NCBI RefSeq assembly: GCF_044704955.1
Contig: NC_091986.1
Coordinates: 190,650,001-190,714,000 of the forward strand
Direction of reading: 5' to 3'
From: Pristiophorus japonicus
Taxonomy: Eukaryota
DNA length: 64,000 nucleotides
Part shown: one piece after another, positions 36,571 to 48,272 of the stretch
Layout: every line of letters starts with the position of its first letter
How positions within the stretch are numbered: position 1 is the stretch's first letter
The notes under the pieces: generated by a model
Seen by the model: the letters and a program-made list of their open reading frames with translations, nothing else
What the model was told of the DNA's origin: nothing
The model's database searches: none
Translations under genes and position numbers: made by a program

Positions 36571-37300
36571 TAAAGAGGAAATTAATGCAATTGTAAGGAA
36601 AGACATTAGCTTGGATGATGTGGAATCGGGTGGAATGTGGTATGGGTGGAACTATGGAATACCAAAGGGCAGAAAACGCTAGTGGGAGTTGTGTACAGAC
36701 CTCCAAACAGTAGTAGTGATGTTGGGGAGGGCATCAAACTGGAAATTAGGGGTGCATGTAATAAAGGTGCAGCAGTTATCATGGGTGACTTTAATATGCA
36801 TATAGATTGGGCTAACCAAACTGGAAGCAATACGGTGGAGGAGGATTTCCTGGAGTGCATAATATGTCTAGACCAATATGTCGAGGAACCAACTAGGGGG
36901 GAGGCCATCTTAGACTGGGTGTTGTGTAATGAGAGAGGATTAATTAGCAATCTCGTTGTGCGAGGCCCCTTGGGGAAGAGTGACCATAATATGGTGGAAT
37001 TCTACATTAGGATGGAGAATGAAACAGTTAATTCAGAGACCATGGTCCAGAACTTAAAGAAGGGTAACTTTGAAGGTATGAGGCGTGAATTGGCTAGATT
37101 GGCGAATGATACTTAAGGGATTGACAGTGGATGGGCAATAGCAGACATTTAGAGACCGCATGGATGAACTACAACAATTGTACATCCCTGTCTGGCGTAA
37201 AAATACAAAAGGGAAGGTGGCTCAACCGTGGCTATCAAGGGAAATCAGGGATAGTATTAAAGCCAAAAAAGTGGCATAGAAATTGGCCAGAAGTAGCAGC
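36571..37300 (+). mobile_element. CR1 endonuclease fragment
   Basis: ORF 36637-37116 is near-identical to the APE domain at 17.0-17.5 kb. Confidence 0.9.
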
Positions 37301-38169
37301 TATGACATCCTTAATAATTGATTCCATCATTTTACCCACTACTGATGTCAGGCTGACCAGTCTAGAATTCCCTGTTTTGTCTCTCCCTCCTTTTTTAAAA
37401 AGTGGGGTTACATTGGCTACCCTCCACTCGATAGGAACTATGGAATGTTGGAAAATGACTGTCAATGCATCCGCTATTTCCAAGGCCACCTCCTTAAGTA
37501 CTCTGGGATGCAGTCCATCAGGCCCTGGGGATTTATTGGCCTTCAATCCCATCAATTTCCCCAACATAATTTCCCGACTAATAAGGATTTCCCTCAGTTC
37601 CTCCTTCTTACTAGACCCTCTGACCTCTTCTATATCCGGAAGGTTGTTTGTATCCTCCTTAGTGAATACTGAACCAAAGTACTTGTTCAATTGGTCTGCC
37701 ATTTCTTTGTTCCCCGTTATGACTACCCCTGATTCTGACTGCAGGGGACCTACGTTTGTCTTTACTAACCTTTTTCTCTTTACATATCTATAGAAACTTT
37801 TGCAGTCCGTTTTAATGTTCTCTGCAAGCTTCCTCTCGTACTCTATTTTCCCTGCCCTAATCAAACCCTTTGTCCTCCTCTGCTGAGTTCTAAATTTCTC
37901 CCAGTCCCCAGGTTCACTGCTATTTCTGGCCAATTTGTATGCCACTTCCTTGGCTTTAATACTATCCCTGATTACCCTTGATAGCCATGGTTGAGCCACC
38001 TTCTCTTTTTTATTTTTACGCCAGACAGGGATGTACAATTGTTGTAATTCATCTATGCTGTCTCTAAATGTCTGCCATTGCCCATCCACTGTCAACCCCT
38101 TAAGTATCATTTGCCAATCTATCCTAGCCAATTCATGCTTCATACCTTCAAAGTTACCCTTCTTTAAGT
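37301..38169 (-). mobile_element. CR1 ORF2 middle fragment
   Basis: ORF 37235-38143 on the minus strand. Confidence 0.9.
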
Positions 38170-38170
38170 A

Positions 38171-38400
38171 AACCCCGGTGTCCTGGCCAATATTTATCCC
38201 TCAATCAGTATCACTAAAACAGATTATCTGGTCATTATCACATTGCTGTTGGTGGGAGCTTGCTGATCGCTTATTTGGCTGCCGTGTTTCCTACATTGCG
38301 ACAGTGACTACACTTCAAAAGGTACTTCATTTGTTCTAAAGCACTTTGGAACATCCTGAGGTCATGAAAGGTGCGATATAACTCCAGGTTTTTTTTTTCT
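38171..38400 (+). mobile_element. Deu-SINE 3' half
   Basis: Matches the 3' part of the SINE at 40030-40476; T-rich tail. Confidence 0.8.
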
Positions 38401-38919
38401 TTTTATGTTTACCAGGAAATTAATTCTCACTTCACATAGAACCTTTACATGTAGAAGACAGAGGAGCCTTTCATTCCATCTGGGCTGGATTTGAACCCAA
38501 GCCCCAGCGATCACAGACTAGTGTCTAACCCACTGCACCATTCAGTACCCAAATGGGATCTTTCTTGTCCAATAATGTTATTTAATTTCTAATTGAAACA
38601 ATAAGATTGTGCCTGTAGCCCATGGGAGAATAACTGAATTGGTCAAAATGGACAGCGCACTTTGTATGACAAGGTACACCGTTGTTAGTAATTTCTACTT
38701 TGCAAGCCAAATATTTTAGTCGGCTAAGAATTGTGAGTTTAGAATAACAGATGCCAGTTTGTTTATGGGGTTACTGAAACTTTTCTATAAAGACATGTTT
38801 GATCACCTGAGAATTGTGTAAGCATCCTCTAAAAGCTTTTCTACAAAGGAGCACCTTTTGAGTGTCCTTCAACTGAACATTAGGAAGCATGAAGGGAAAT
38901 GTTTTTCACCCCCATCTTA

Positions 38920-39650
38920 AAGTTCACTCCCTTGCTGCTGACTCGATCTCCCTCTCACTCAGACTGAACCAGTATGTGTGAAACCATGGCGTCCTATTAG
39001 ACCCAGAACTAATCTTCAATAATCACATTCTATCCATCATCTGGACTGCTTATTTCCATCTCCACAACATTGCACAACTCTGGCTCTACCTCTCTCCTTC
39101 TGCCACTGAAGGCCTTTTCTGTAACCTTCAGCCCTGATTACTCGAACACTCTCCTTGCTGGTCTTCTCATCCTCCAACCTTCATAAAGCCCGATTTGTTC
39201 AAAATGCAGCTGCCCATATCCTGTCCAACATTAAAACCTACTTAATTTCACCCCATCTTCTCTGACTTATATTGGCTGTGTGTCCCTCAACATGTTAAAT
39301 GTAGACTCTCATCCTTGGCTTCAAATCCCTCCTCTCTAACCTCTGCAAGCATCCCCGGCCTTGCATTCTCTCACACACCCTTCTGTCCTCTGGCTCTGGC
39401 CTTTTGTGCATCAACCTTTCCCATTGCTCCATTGGTGGCAGAGTCTTCAGCCACCTCGGCCCCACTCTCTTCACCGGATCTCAAAACTCATTTTTCAACC
39501 AAGTTTTCAGTCACCTCTCCTACTTGTACTGTTCAGCGTCCATCTCTCTACCTCCAGTTGTGAAGTGCCTTGGGAGTTTATTTTTAATGATAAAAGTGTT
39601 AGTCGATGTCCCAAGGCTGTGCTAAGGTGCTATACAAATGAAAATGCTTT
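38920..39650 (+). mobile_element. Highly degraded L2 LINE
   Basis: Decayed similarity to the L2 copies at 8.5 and 31.6 kb. Confidence 0.6.
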
Positions 39651-40029
39651 CTTCAATGCAAAGTAGAATTTGAAACGGAGACTTTTCCAATAAGGTTGAG
39701 GTTACCTAAATGTCACATTTAAGTTATTACTTTTTGTCTGTGTGTTTCAATTATAAGCTTAAAAGTTAGTGAATGACATTAATTTACATATCAAAGGGTA
39801 TATGGTTGGATCATCACAGTTTACATACAAATGCTTAACATGCTCTTTGGCTAATAAATACTCTTAGGGCCTTAAATGGACGACGCAACCCAACTGGGAG
39901 GCCCAAGGCTGACTGGAAATTGGACTTCGGGTCTCATTAACAATATTTGGGTGAACTGCCGGCATCTGTTGTGCCTCCACATGCCTGTTTTAGAAAGACC
40001 AATGTCGAATCGCCTGTACCTTCGGCACT

Positions 40030-40476
40030 GAAAGAAAGACTTGCACTTATATAGCGCCTTTCACGACCATTAAATGTCTCAAAGCGTTTTACAGCCAATT
40101 AAGTACTTTTGGAGTGTAGTCACCGTTATAATGTGGGAAATGCAGCAGGCAACTTGCGCACAGCAAGCTCCCACAAACAGCAACGTGATATGACCAGATA
40201 ATCTGTTTTAGTGATGTTGATTGAGGGATAAATATTGGCCAGGACATCGAGGATAACTCCCATGCTCTTCTTTGAAATAGTGCCATGGGATCTTTTACGT
40301 CCACCTGAGAGAACAGATGGTTTAACATCTCAACTGAAAAACGGCACCTCTGACAGTGCAGCGCTCCCTCAGCACTGCACTGGAGTGTCAGCCTAGATTT
40401 AAGTGCTCAAGTCCCTTGAACCCACAACCTTCTGACTCAGAGGCGAGTGTACTGCCCACTGAGTCACAGCTGACAC
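40030..40476 (-). mobile_element. Near full-length Deu-SINE (SacSINE1-like)
   Basis: tRNA head, Deu core and (CTTT)n tail on the minus strand. Confidence 0.88.
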
Positions 40477-40896
40477 ACAAAGTAAGTTCCTGGGAAGGGA
40501 GGGGCAGGGAGTAAGGTGCATGGAGGGTGGGTCAGTGGCTGGCAGTGGACCCTTGAGTGCTGTGGAGCCGGGAGGGGCACTCCTTATCCTGGATCTACAT
40601 CAAACCTCCCCAAAAAAGTATATTTTTGGTTGCGGCTGCTTGCTAGGTCACATCCATGCCTAGAAAGCCTATGTGCCAGAGCAGGCCTGACAACTGCTCC
40701 ACTCAGAGTAGCCTCATTTCCCTGAGAGGTCCTAAAACAAGTGCCAGGTCCCTCATTAACATATACAAGGGACCAGGACACCGGCAGAATTCCCCTGCTC
40801 TCTATTGAATATTGCCATGGGATCTTTTACATCCAGCACAGAGGGCAGACGAGGGCTTGGTTTAATGTCTCATCCAAAAGGTAGCACTTCCTACAA

Positions 40897-41185
40897 TACT
40901 CCACCTAGAAGGACAAGGGCAGCAGGTGGATGGGGACACCATCACCTCCAAGTTCCCCTCCGAGTCACACACCATCCTGACTTGGACAAAAAGCACCGTT
41001 CCTTTATCAACGCTGGGTCAAAATCCTGGAAATCTTTACCTAACAGCACTGTGGGATACTTTCACCAGATGGACTGCAGCGGTTCAAGAAGAGGTGGCTC
41101 ACCACAGCCTTCTCAAGGGTAGCTAGGGATGGGCAATAAATGCTGGCCTTGCCAGCGACACCCATATCCTGAGAACGGAAAAAAA
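40897..41185 (+). mobile_element. LINE 3' end (same family as 10405-11350) nested in an older SINE
   Basis: gggatgggcaataaatgctggcc plus A tail; flanked by SINE remnants at 40775-40896 and 41186-41310. Confidence 0.75.
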
Positions 41186-42627
41186 TGCGGCGCTCTCAGT
41201 ACGACACTGAAGTGCCAACCTGGATTATATGCTCAGGTACTGGAGTGAGATTTGCACCCATGAACTTTCTGACTTAGTGAGAGAGCGACCTTTGAGCCAA
41301 GGCTGACACCTTGGAGGTGCCAAGGAAATATCATCTGGCTCACAAAGTGACTGCTTTGACATTGACCCATGAGTTAGTTAGAGCTCTGGTGGCATGGGCT
41401 TTTACTTTGTGTGGTGATTTTCCACCTGGTAGTTTATAATATAAAGATTTATATCATTCTATTTCCCGCCCCCCCCCCCCACCTTTTCAAGAGAAACACA
41501 GTAAATGTGAGTACCACCTAACAAAATTGTCTGCAAACCACCCACAACAATATACAAGATGCGAAATTGTTCCTATATAATATGTAAGAACTATATATGG
41601 TGTACACAATATGAAAAATACCATGAAGTAGGTTAGCTCCACATCTAGCAATACATTGTTTAAATCGTGTGTTTATGTGATATTTTAATATTAAATGAAA
41701 CAAAAAGTAACAAGTATTTCAATGACCGCAATAGAGGCAAATAATGATGGTAATTGAAAAAAAATTGCCAACAGAATGGAACGTAAAAACGTAAAGGCAA
41801 ATGTTGAACTATGGATGAAGTCTGCTTATGGCATATATTCCATTCAGTAAATGTTAAAGAGCTGTTAATGGAATTATATCAACCAATAAGAGATGTGCTT
41901 TTTCTCCTTCTGGTCTCCTGTTTAAAATGCACAGTGGAAACTGGAAAAGCAAAAAGAAATAGAGCGGTGACCTCAGTCTCTAAAGAGACTGGTTCCACTG
42001 ACAACAATGTTGTGGTGTGAATGCATTCCAGTGGGATTCTGTTAGATGATTTTGCTATAGCTGTAGCACACCCTCTCTGATATTTGCTGATCTAAGTGGG
42101 TGGTATGTGGGATCAGTGAAGTGCTGTAAATAGTTTAAAAAAAAATAAAGTATTGCCTTTTCCACAACAGGAACTGCATGCAAGGCAGTTACCATTAATA
42201 GACATCTTTAGTGACTAACACCAAACGTTCAAATCACCTGTGTATTTATGAGATACCAGGATATGTATTCAAAGGTACAATACACTCCCACCCATTTTGA
42301 CATACACTCAATAAAAAGCCAGATTCCATATTATTTTCCATATTACATGTGTTGAAAGTTCCTTGTGTCACTGGATACACATGGGGACTTATTTTCGTCA
42401 ACTATATTATACTGCTTAAAATTCTGGTTGCCATATTAAAGAAAGGATAGAGAGGCCAGGAGAGGGTGCAGAGCATATTTACAAGGTTGATACCAGAATT
42501 GCGAGGGTTATACCTATCAGGAAAGAATGAACAAGCTGGATCACTTTTGTCTTGAAAAGAGAAAGCTGAGGGGTGATCTAATAGAGGCCTTTAAAATGAT
42601 GAAAGGTTTTGATTGAGTAGATACAGA

Positions 42628-45375
42628 GGGGTGGAAATTCGGTCACGACTACTTAGGGCGCTAATGGTGGCGGGACGGTAAATTTTGCGCCAGGAAATGG
42701 TTTGCGTCTGGAACCACAACATTCAGCAGCTGGTCAATGGCAAACATTTAATGATCACATGGATGAACTTCAATAATTTTACATCCCTGTCTGGAGTAAT
42801 AATAAAATGGGGAAGGTGGCTCAACCGTGGCTAACAAGGGAAATTAAGGATAGTGTTAAATCCAAGGAAGAGGCATACAAATTGGCCAGAAAAGCAGCAA
42901 ACCTGAGGACTGGGAGAAATTTAGAATTCAGCAGAGGAGGACAAAGGGTTTAATTAGGAGGGGGAAAATAGAGTATGAGAGGAAGCTTGCTGGGAACATA
43001 AAAACTGACTGCAAAAGCTTCTATAGATATGTGAAGAGAAAAAGAATAGTGAAGATAAATGTAGGTCCCTTGCAGTCAGATTCAGGTGAAATTATAATGG
43101 GGAACAAAGAAATGGCAGACCAATTGAATAAATACTTTGGTTCTGTCTTCACGAAGGAAGACACAAATAACCTTCCGGAAATATCGGGGACCGAGGGTCT
43201 AGTGAGAAGGAGGAACTGAAGGAAATCTTTATTAGTCAGGAAATTGTGTTAGGGAAATTGATGGGATTGAAGGCCAATAAATCCCCAGGGCCTGATAGTC
43301 TGCACCCCAGAGTACTTAAGGAAATGGCCCTAGAAATAGTGGATGCATTGGTGATCATTTTCTAGCAGTCTATCGACTCTGGATCAGTTCCTATGGACTG
43401 GAGGGTAGCTAATGTAACACCACTTTATAAAAAAGGAGGGAGAGAGAAAACGGGGCATTATAGACCGGTTAGCCTGACATCAGTAGTGGGGAAAATGTTG
43501 GGGAAATTATTAAAGATGAAATAGCAATACATTTGGAAAGCAATGACAGGATCAGTCCAAGTCAGCATGGATTTATGAAAGGGAAATCATGTTTGACAAA
43601 TCTTCTAGAATTTTTTGAGGATGTAACTAGTAGAGTGGACAACGGAGAACAAGTGAATGTGGTGTATTTGGACTTTCAAAAGGCTTTTGACAAGGTCTCA
43701 CACAAGAGATTGGTGTGCAAAATTAAAGCACATGGTATTGGGGGTAATGTATTGACGTGGATAGAGAACTGATTGGCAGACAGGAAGCAGAGAGTCAGGA
43801 TAAACGGGTCCTTTTCAGAATGGCAGGCAGTGACTAGTGGGGTGCCGCAGGGCTCAGTGCTGGGACCTCAGCTATTTACAATATACAAGGATTTAGATGA
43901 AGGAATTGAGTGTAATATCTCCAAGTTTGCAGATGGCACTAAGCTTGGTGGTGGTGTGAGCTGTGAGGAGGATGCTAAGAGGCTGCGGGTGACCTGGACA
44001 GGTTAGGTGAGTGGGCAAATGCATGGCAGATGCAGTATAATGTGGATAAATGTGAGCTTATCCACTTTGGTGGCAAAAACATGAAGGCAGAACATTATCT
44101 GAATGGCGGCAGATTAGGAAAAGGGGAGGTGCAACGAGACCTGGGTGTCATGGTACATCAGTCATTGAAAGATGGCATGAAGGTACAGCAGGCGGTGAAG
44201 AAGGCAAATGGCATGTTGGCCTTCATAGCTAGGGGATTTGAGTATAGGAGCAGGGAAGTCTTACTGCAGTAGTACAGGGCCTTGGTGAGGCCTCACCTGG
44301 AATATTGTGTTCAGTTTTGGTTTCCTAACCTGAGGAAGGATGTTCTTGCTATTGAGGGAGTGCAGTGAAGGTTCACCAGACTGATTCCCGGGATGGCAGG
44401 TCTGACATATGAGGAGATATTGGATCTACTGGGCCTGTATTCACTGGAGTTTAGAAGGATGAGAGGGGATCTCATAGAAACATATAAAATTCTGACGGGA
44501 CTGGACAGGTTAGATGCAGGAAGAATGTTCCCGATTTTGGGAAAGTCCAGAACCAGGGGTCACAGTCTAAGGATAAGGGGTAAGCCATTTAGGACTGAGA
44601 TGAGGAGAAACTTCTTCACTCAGGGAGTTGTTAACCTGTGGAATTCCCTGCCGCAGAGAGTTGTTGATGCCACTTCGTTAGATATATTCAAGAGGGAGTT
44701 AGATATGGTGCTTATGGCTAAAGGGATCAAGGGGTATAGAGAGAAAGCAGGAAAGGGGTACTGAGATGAATGATCAGCCATGATCTTGTTGAATAGTGGT
44801 GCAGGCTCGAAGGGCCGAATGGCCTACTCCTGCACCTATTTTCTATTTTTCTACGTCCCTATGTCCCTGAGTGTGGGGCGGAGTGCTAAGGGAGGTGTTC
44901 CGCGCCTCTCTGAGCTGGCTGAGCAACTGAAAATCCGTTGCTAAAGAGCTGGTCTTGGAGTGTCCTCGGCGAGGCTTCGCTGGGGAAAAAAAATCGCAAA
45001 ATAAACCCACACAAAACATCCCCACATAAAGATAAATTGCAAAAATACAAAAAAAACCAATCACACTTACCTCATGTGGTGTTTCCTTCCCTTGCTCGCC
45101 GCCAGAAACAGCTCGGACCGCCCACTTTCCCAGGCGGTCCCACTGCGGCACGCTACGGGGCGCTACAGGGTCAGCGTGAATCAAAAATCATAGCGCTGTC
45201 GAAATCGGGGGGATTGCACACCGGCTCGCGCCCCCGGATGGTACTGGTCAGCGCCGCCGGCACCGGCACACTGAATGTGCCGAGTGGCGCGAATACCGGC
45301 ACTCGCGGCTCCGACCCCTTTAGTGCCCCTGTTCTGAACCTTTCCAGGGGCATTAAGTAACCGAATTTCTTATCC
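42628..45375. mobile_element. Harbinger-type MITE containing a CR1
   Basis: Imperfect TIRs ggggtgGAAATTCGGTcAC and GTaACCGAATTTCttatcc; 3-bp TSD AGA. Confidence 0.7.
42735..44853 (+). mobile_element. CR1 LINE, 5'-truncated, with multiple stops and frameshifts
   Basis: RT motif ORFs across 43031-44764 and CR1 tail. Confidence 0.93.
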
Positions 45376-46049
45376 AGATTGTTTCCACATGTGGGGAAGA
45401 GCAAAACTAGAAGCCATCAATATAAGATAGTCACCAAGAAAACTAATAGGGAATTCAGAAGAAATTTCTTTACCCAGAGAGTGGTGAGAATGTGGAACTT
45501 GCTACCACAGGGAGTGGTTGATGCGAATAGTATAGATAGATGCATTTAAGGAGCGGTTAGATAAGCATATGAGTGAGAAGGGAATAGAGGGTTATGCTTA
45601 TAGGGTTAGATGAAGGAAGATGGGAGGAGGCTCGAATGGAGCATAAACGCCGGCATGAAGTGGTTGGGCTGAATGGCCTGTTTCTGTGCTATATATCCTA
45701 CGTAATCCTATGTAACCTGCTTCTTAGATACCACTAAATATTCAAAAACAGCTGTTTCAATTTAACTTCAAAGAAGGATTTCTTCAAGAAAAACAAACCC
45801 TATTCATGAATATTAAAGACAGCATCATGTGGTTATTAGTTAATTGGATGTACAGTTAAACTAACATTTGTTAAACCATGCTGGGAAGATTGGGAAAAAG
45901 CATTCTGAGATGTATAGAAACTGAGTTTTTGAAGAAGCCAAATTCTGTTGAAGGAAATAGGCAGCAAAATAACCCATAGGTTTTGGAAGTGAGTGGTGCA
46001 ATCAGACACAAGCCTTTCACCTCTGGAACTGAGGCCCATGTGAAACATC

Positions 46050-47057
46050 TCAGATTCTGAGGAGGATTGACAGAGTAGATGCTGAGAGATTGATTCCCCT
46101 GCTCAGCGGCAGGTCGGGGCCAAGCGGTGGCCCCTGGACAGTGTGGCGGCCCCAACCTGCGAGAGACCATCAGCGGCAGGTCGGAGCCATAAAAGGAGCG
46201 TCGAGCAGCGGCCACTGGACAGCATGGCAGCGTACCGCTGCAAGGTACAGCACGAGCTGATACAGGAGGGTGACGGCAGCAAAGAGGGAAGTCATCAAGG
46301 TCCAGGCCGGCGATTGCAGCGCAGGCAGGTACAGCAGGAGCGGTGAGGTCGAGGCGAAAGAGCAGCGAGAGAATGTCGAGGGATGCGATCGAGACCCGGG
46401 AGAGGCGTGAGTTCGGGACCAGGGGCCCAGGGGCAGCACGGGTCAGCCCACACTGCGATATGTGTGCGCACTAGGTCCGTGCAGCAGAGCAGGTCTCCAG
46501 TCATCTTGGTTAATCCTTGCTACTGGACCAAGACCTGGCTCTGTCAAGCCCATGTGGTGGCTGGTGTGTAACGGCCACCACATTTAAAAAAAATCCACGC
46601 ACAGGCATCTTCCACCCTTCAGGATGTAGTTCGGGATCTGGAATATTAGGTCCTTCATTGAAACACCTGTGAACTCATTCCTTTTTGGCGTGGAAGCAAG
46701 TCATCCTCGATTCGAGGGACTGCCTATGATGATGATGATGTTTCCCCTGGTTGGAGAGTCTAGAACTAGGGGGCATAGTCTCAGGATACAGGGTCGGCCT
46801 TTTAAGACTGAGAAGAGAAGAAATTTCTTCACTCCGAAGGTTGTGAATCTTTAGAATTCCCTGCCCCAAAGTTCTGTGGATTTTCAGTCGTTGATTATAT
46901 TCAAGGCTGAGATAGACTGATTTTTGCACTCCAGGGGAATCGAGGGATCAGGTGGGAAAGTGGCACTGAGGTGGAAGATCAGTCACAATCTTATTGAATG
47001 ATGGAGCAGGCTCGAGGGGCTGTATAGTTTACCCCTGCTCCTAATTCTTATGTTCTC
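46050..47057 (+). mobile_element. Old CR1 3' fragment split by an RTE-derived insert
   Basis: RVDAERL..FPLVGESRTRGH is continuous across the insert; ttcttatgttct tail. Confidence 0.75.
46101..46740 (+). mobile_element. Non-autonomous RTE-derived (bipartite SINE-like) element
   Basis: GC-rich non-coding body, RTE 3' end and (GAT)n tail; TSD about tg(a/t)ttcccct; no RT sequence. Confidence 0.75.
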
Positions 47058-47569
47058 ATGCAGCCCAAATTAATAGGATGCAAGTCTGTCAGTTGACTGT
47101 AAAGGTACTGCAAGAAATAAGTCAGGTCAGTCTCAACTCTTGTGGGTGTCCATGACACAGAACTGTACCAAATTTGCAAAAAAATAGGCACTAAAATGAG
47201 AATCTCATTCAAAGCAGCCATGGGATGGTTTTTGTGTGAAATATGAAAATATCACGTCAGTGTAAAGAGGCTGCTCTTGAGAAGTTGTGACAGAGTAGAG
47301 GGAGGATCTAATTGCTGTACCTGGTCTAGAAATGCTAAAGATCACAAATTGGAAAGTGATCCATTCCCCAACACTAACATACTTTACCCCAAAAATAATC
47401 ACACCGTAAAAAATTAGCTCACTGGCCCACAATAGCTCCCAGTCCGGCAGCCCCTCGATTTTAACATTCTCATCTTTGTTTTCAATTCTGTCAATGGCCT
47501 GGCCATAAATGAGACAGAAGAACTGGACTCAGACTCAGAACCAATAAATCCCCTGGGAGAGATGTACTT

Positions 47570-48082
47570 ATTCCTTGCTGGCCTCCCATCTTCCACCCTC
47601 TGTACACTGGAACTTATCCAAAACTCTGCTGCCCATATTCTAACTTGCAGTAAGTTCCATGCTTGCTGACCTACATTGGCTCCTAGTTTGGCAATAACTG
47701 TATATTAAAAATCTCATTGTTGTTTTCAAATCCCTCCATGGCCTTGCCACTTCCTATCTCTGTAATCTCCTCCAACCCCGCAACCCGACGACATCTCTGT
47801 ACTCTTCCAATTCTGCCCTCTTGCACATCCCCAATTATCATCGTTCCGCCATTGGTGGCCAGTTGACTAAGCTCTTGAATTCCTCCCTAAACCTCTCCAC
47901 CTCTCAACCCCTCTGCCCTCCTTTAAGACGCTCTATAAAACCTAACAGCTTTTGGTCACCTGTCCTAGTCGCTCCTTATGTGGCTCGGTGTCAAATTTTG
48001 TCAGTTAACATTCCTCTGAAATGTCTTGGGACATTTTACTACATGAAAGATGGAATGCAAGTTGTTATTGTTTTTGTTGTTG
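47570..48082 (+). mobile_element. L2 LINE 3' fragment
   Basis: Similar to 31630-32197; TTG-rich tail. Confidence 0.75.
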
Positions 48083-48272
48083 CTAAGAGAACCTGGGGAG
48101 GAGACCTGTGAACATTAACTATCATTATGAATGAGTCACTGGACATCAAGGAGTTATTAGTAGATTGGAATCAGAATAATGTGGTGTCCATATTCAGAAC
48201 GAATGATGAAACAGACATCAACAATTACAGTACAGACCCATTAGTCTTCCATTTTGTGTACACTTGATGATT

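Larger units (their letters stand above)
42420..45715 (+). mobile_element. Old CR1 3' part, split by a MITE (pieces 42420-42627 and 45376-45715)
   Basis: RKLRGDLIEAFK...VDT continues as LFPHVGKSKTRSH after the insert. Confidence 0.8.
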
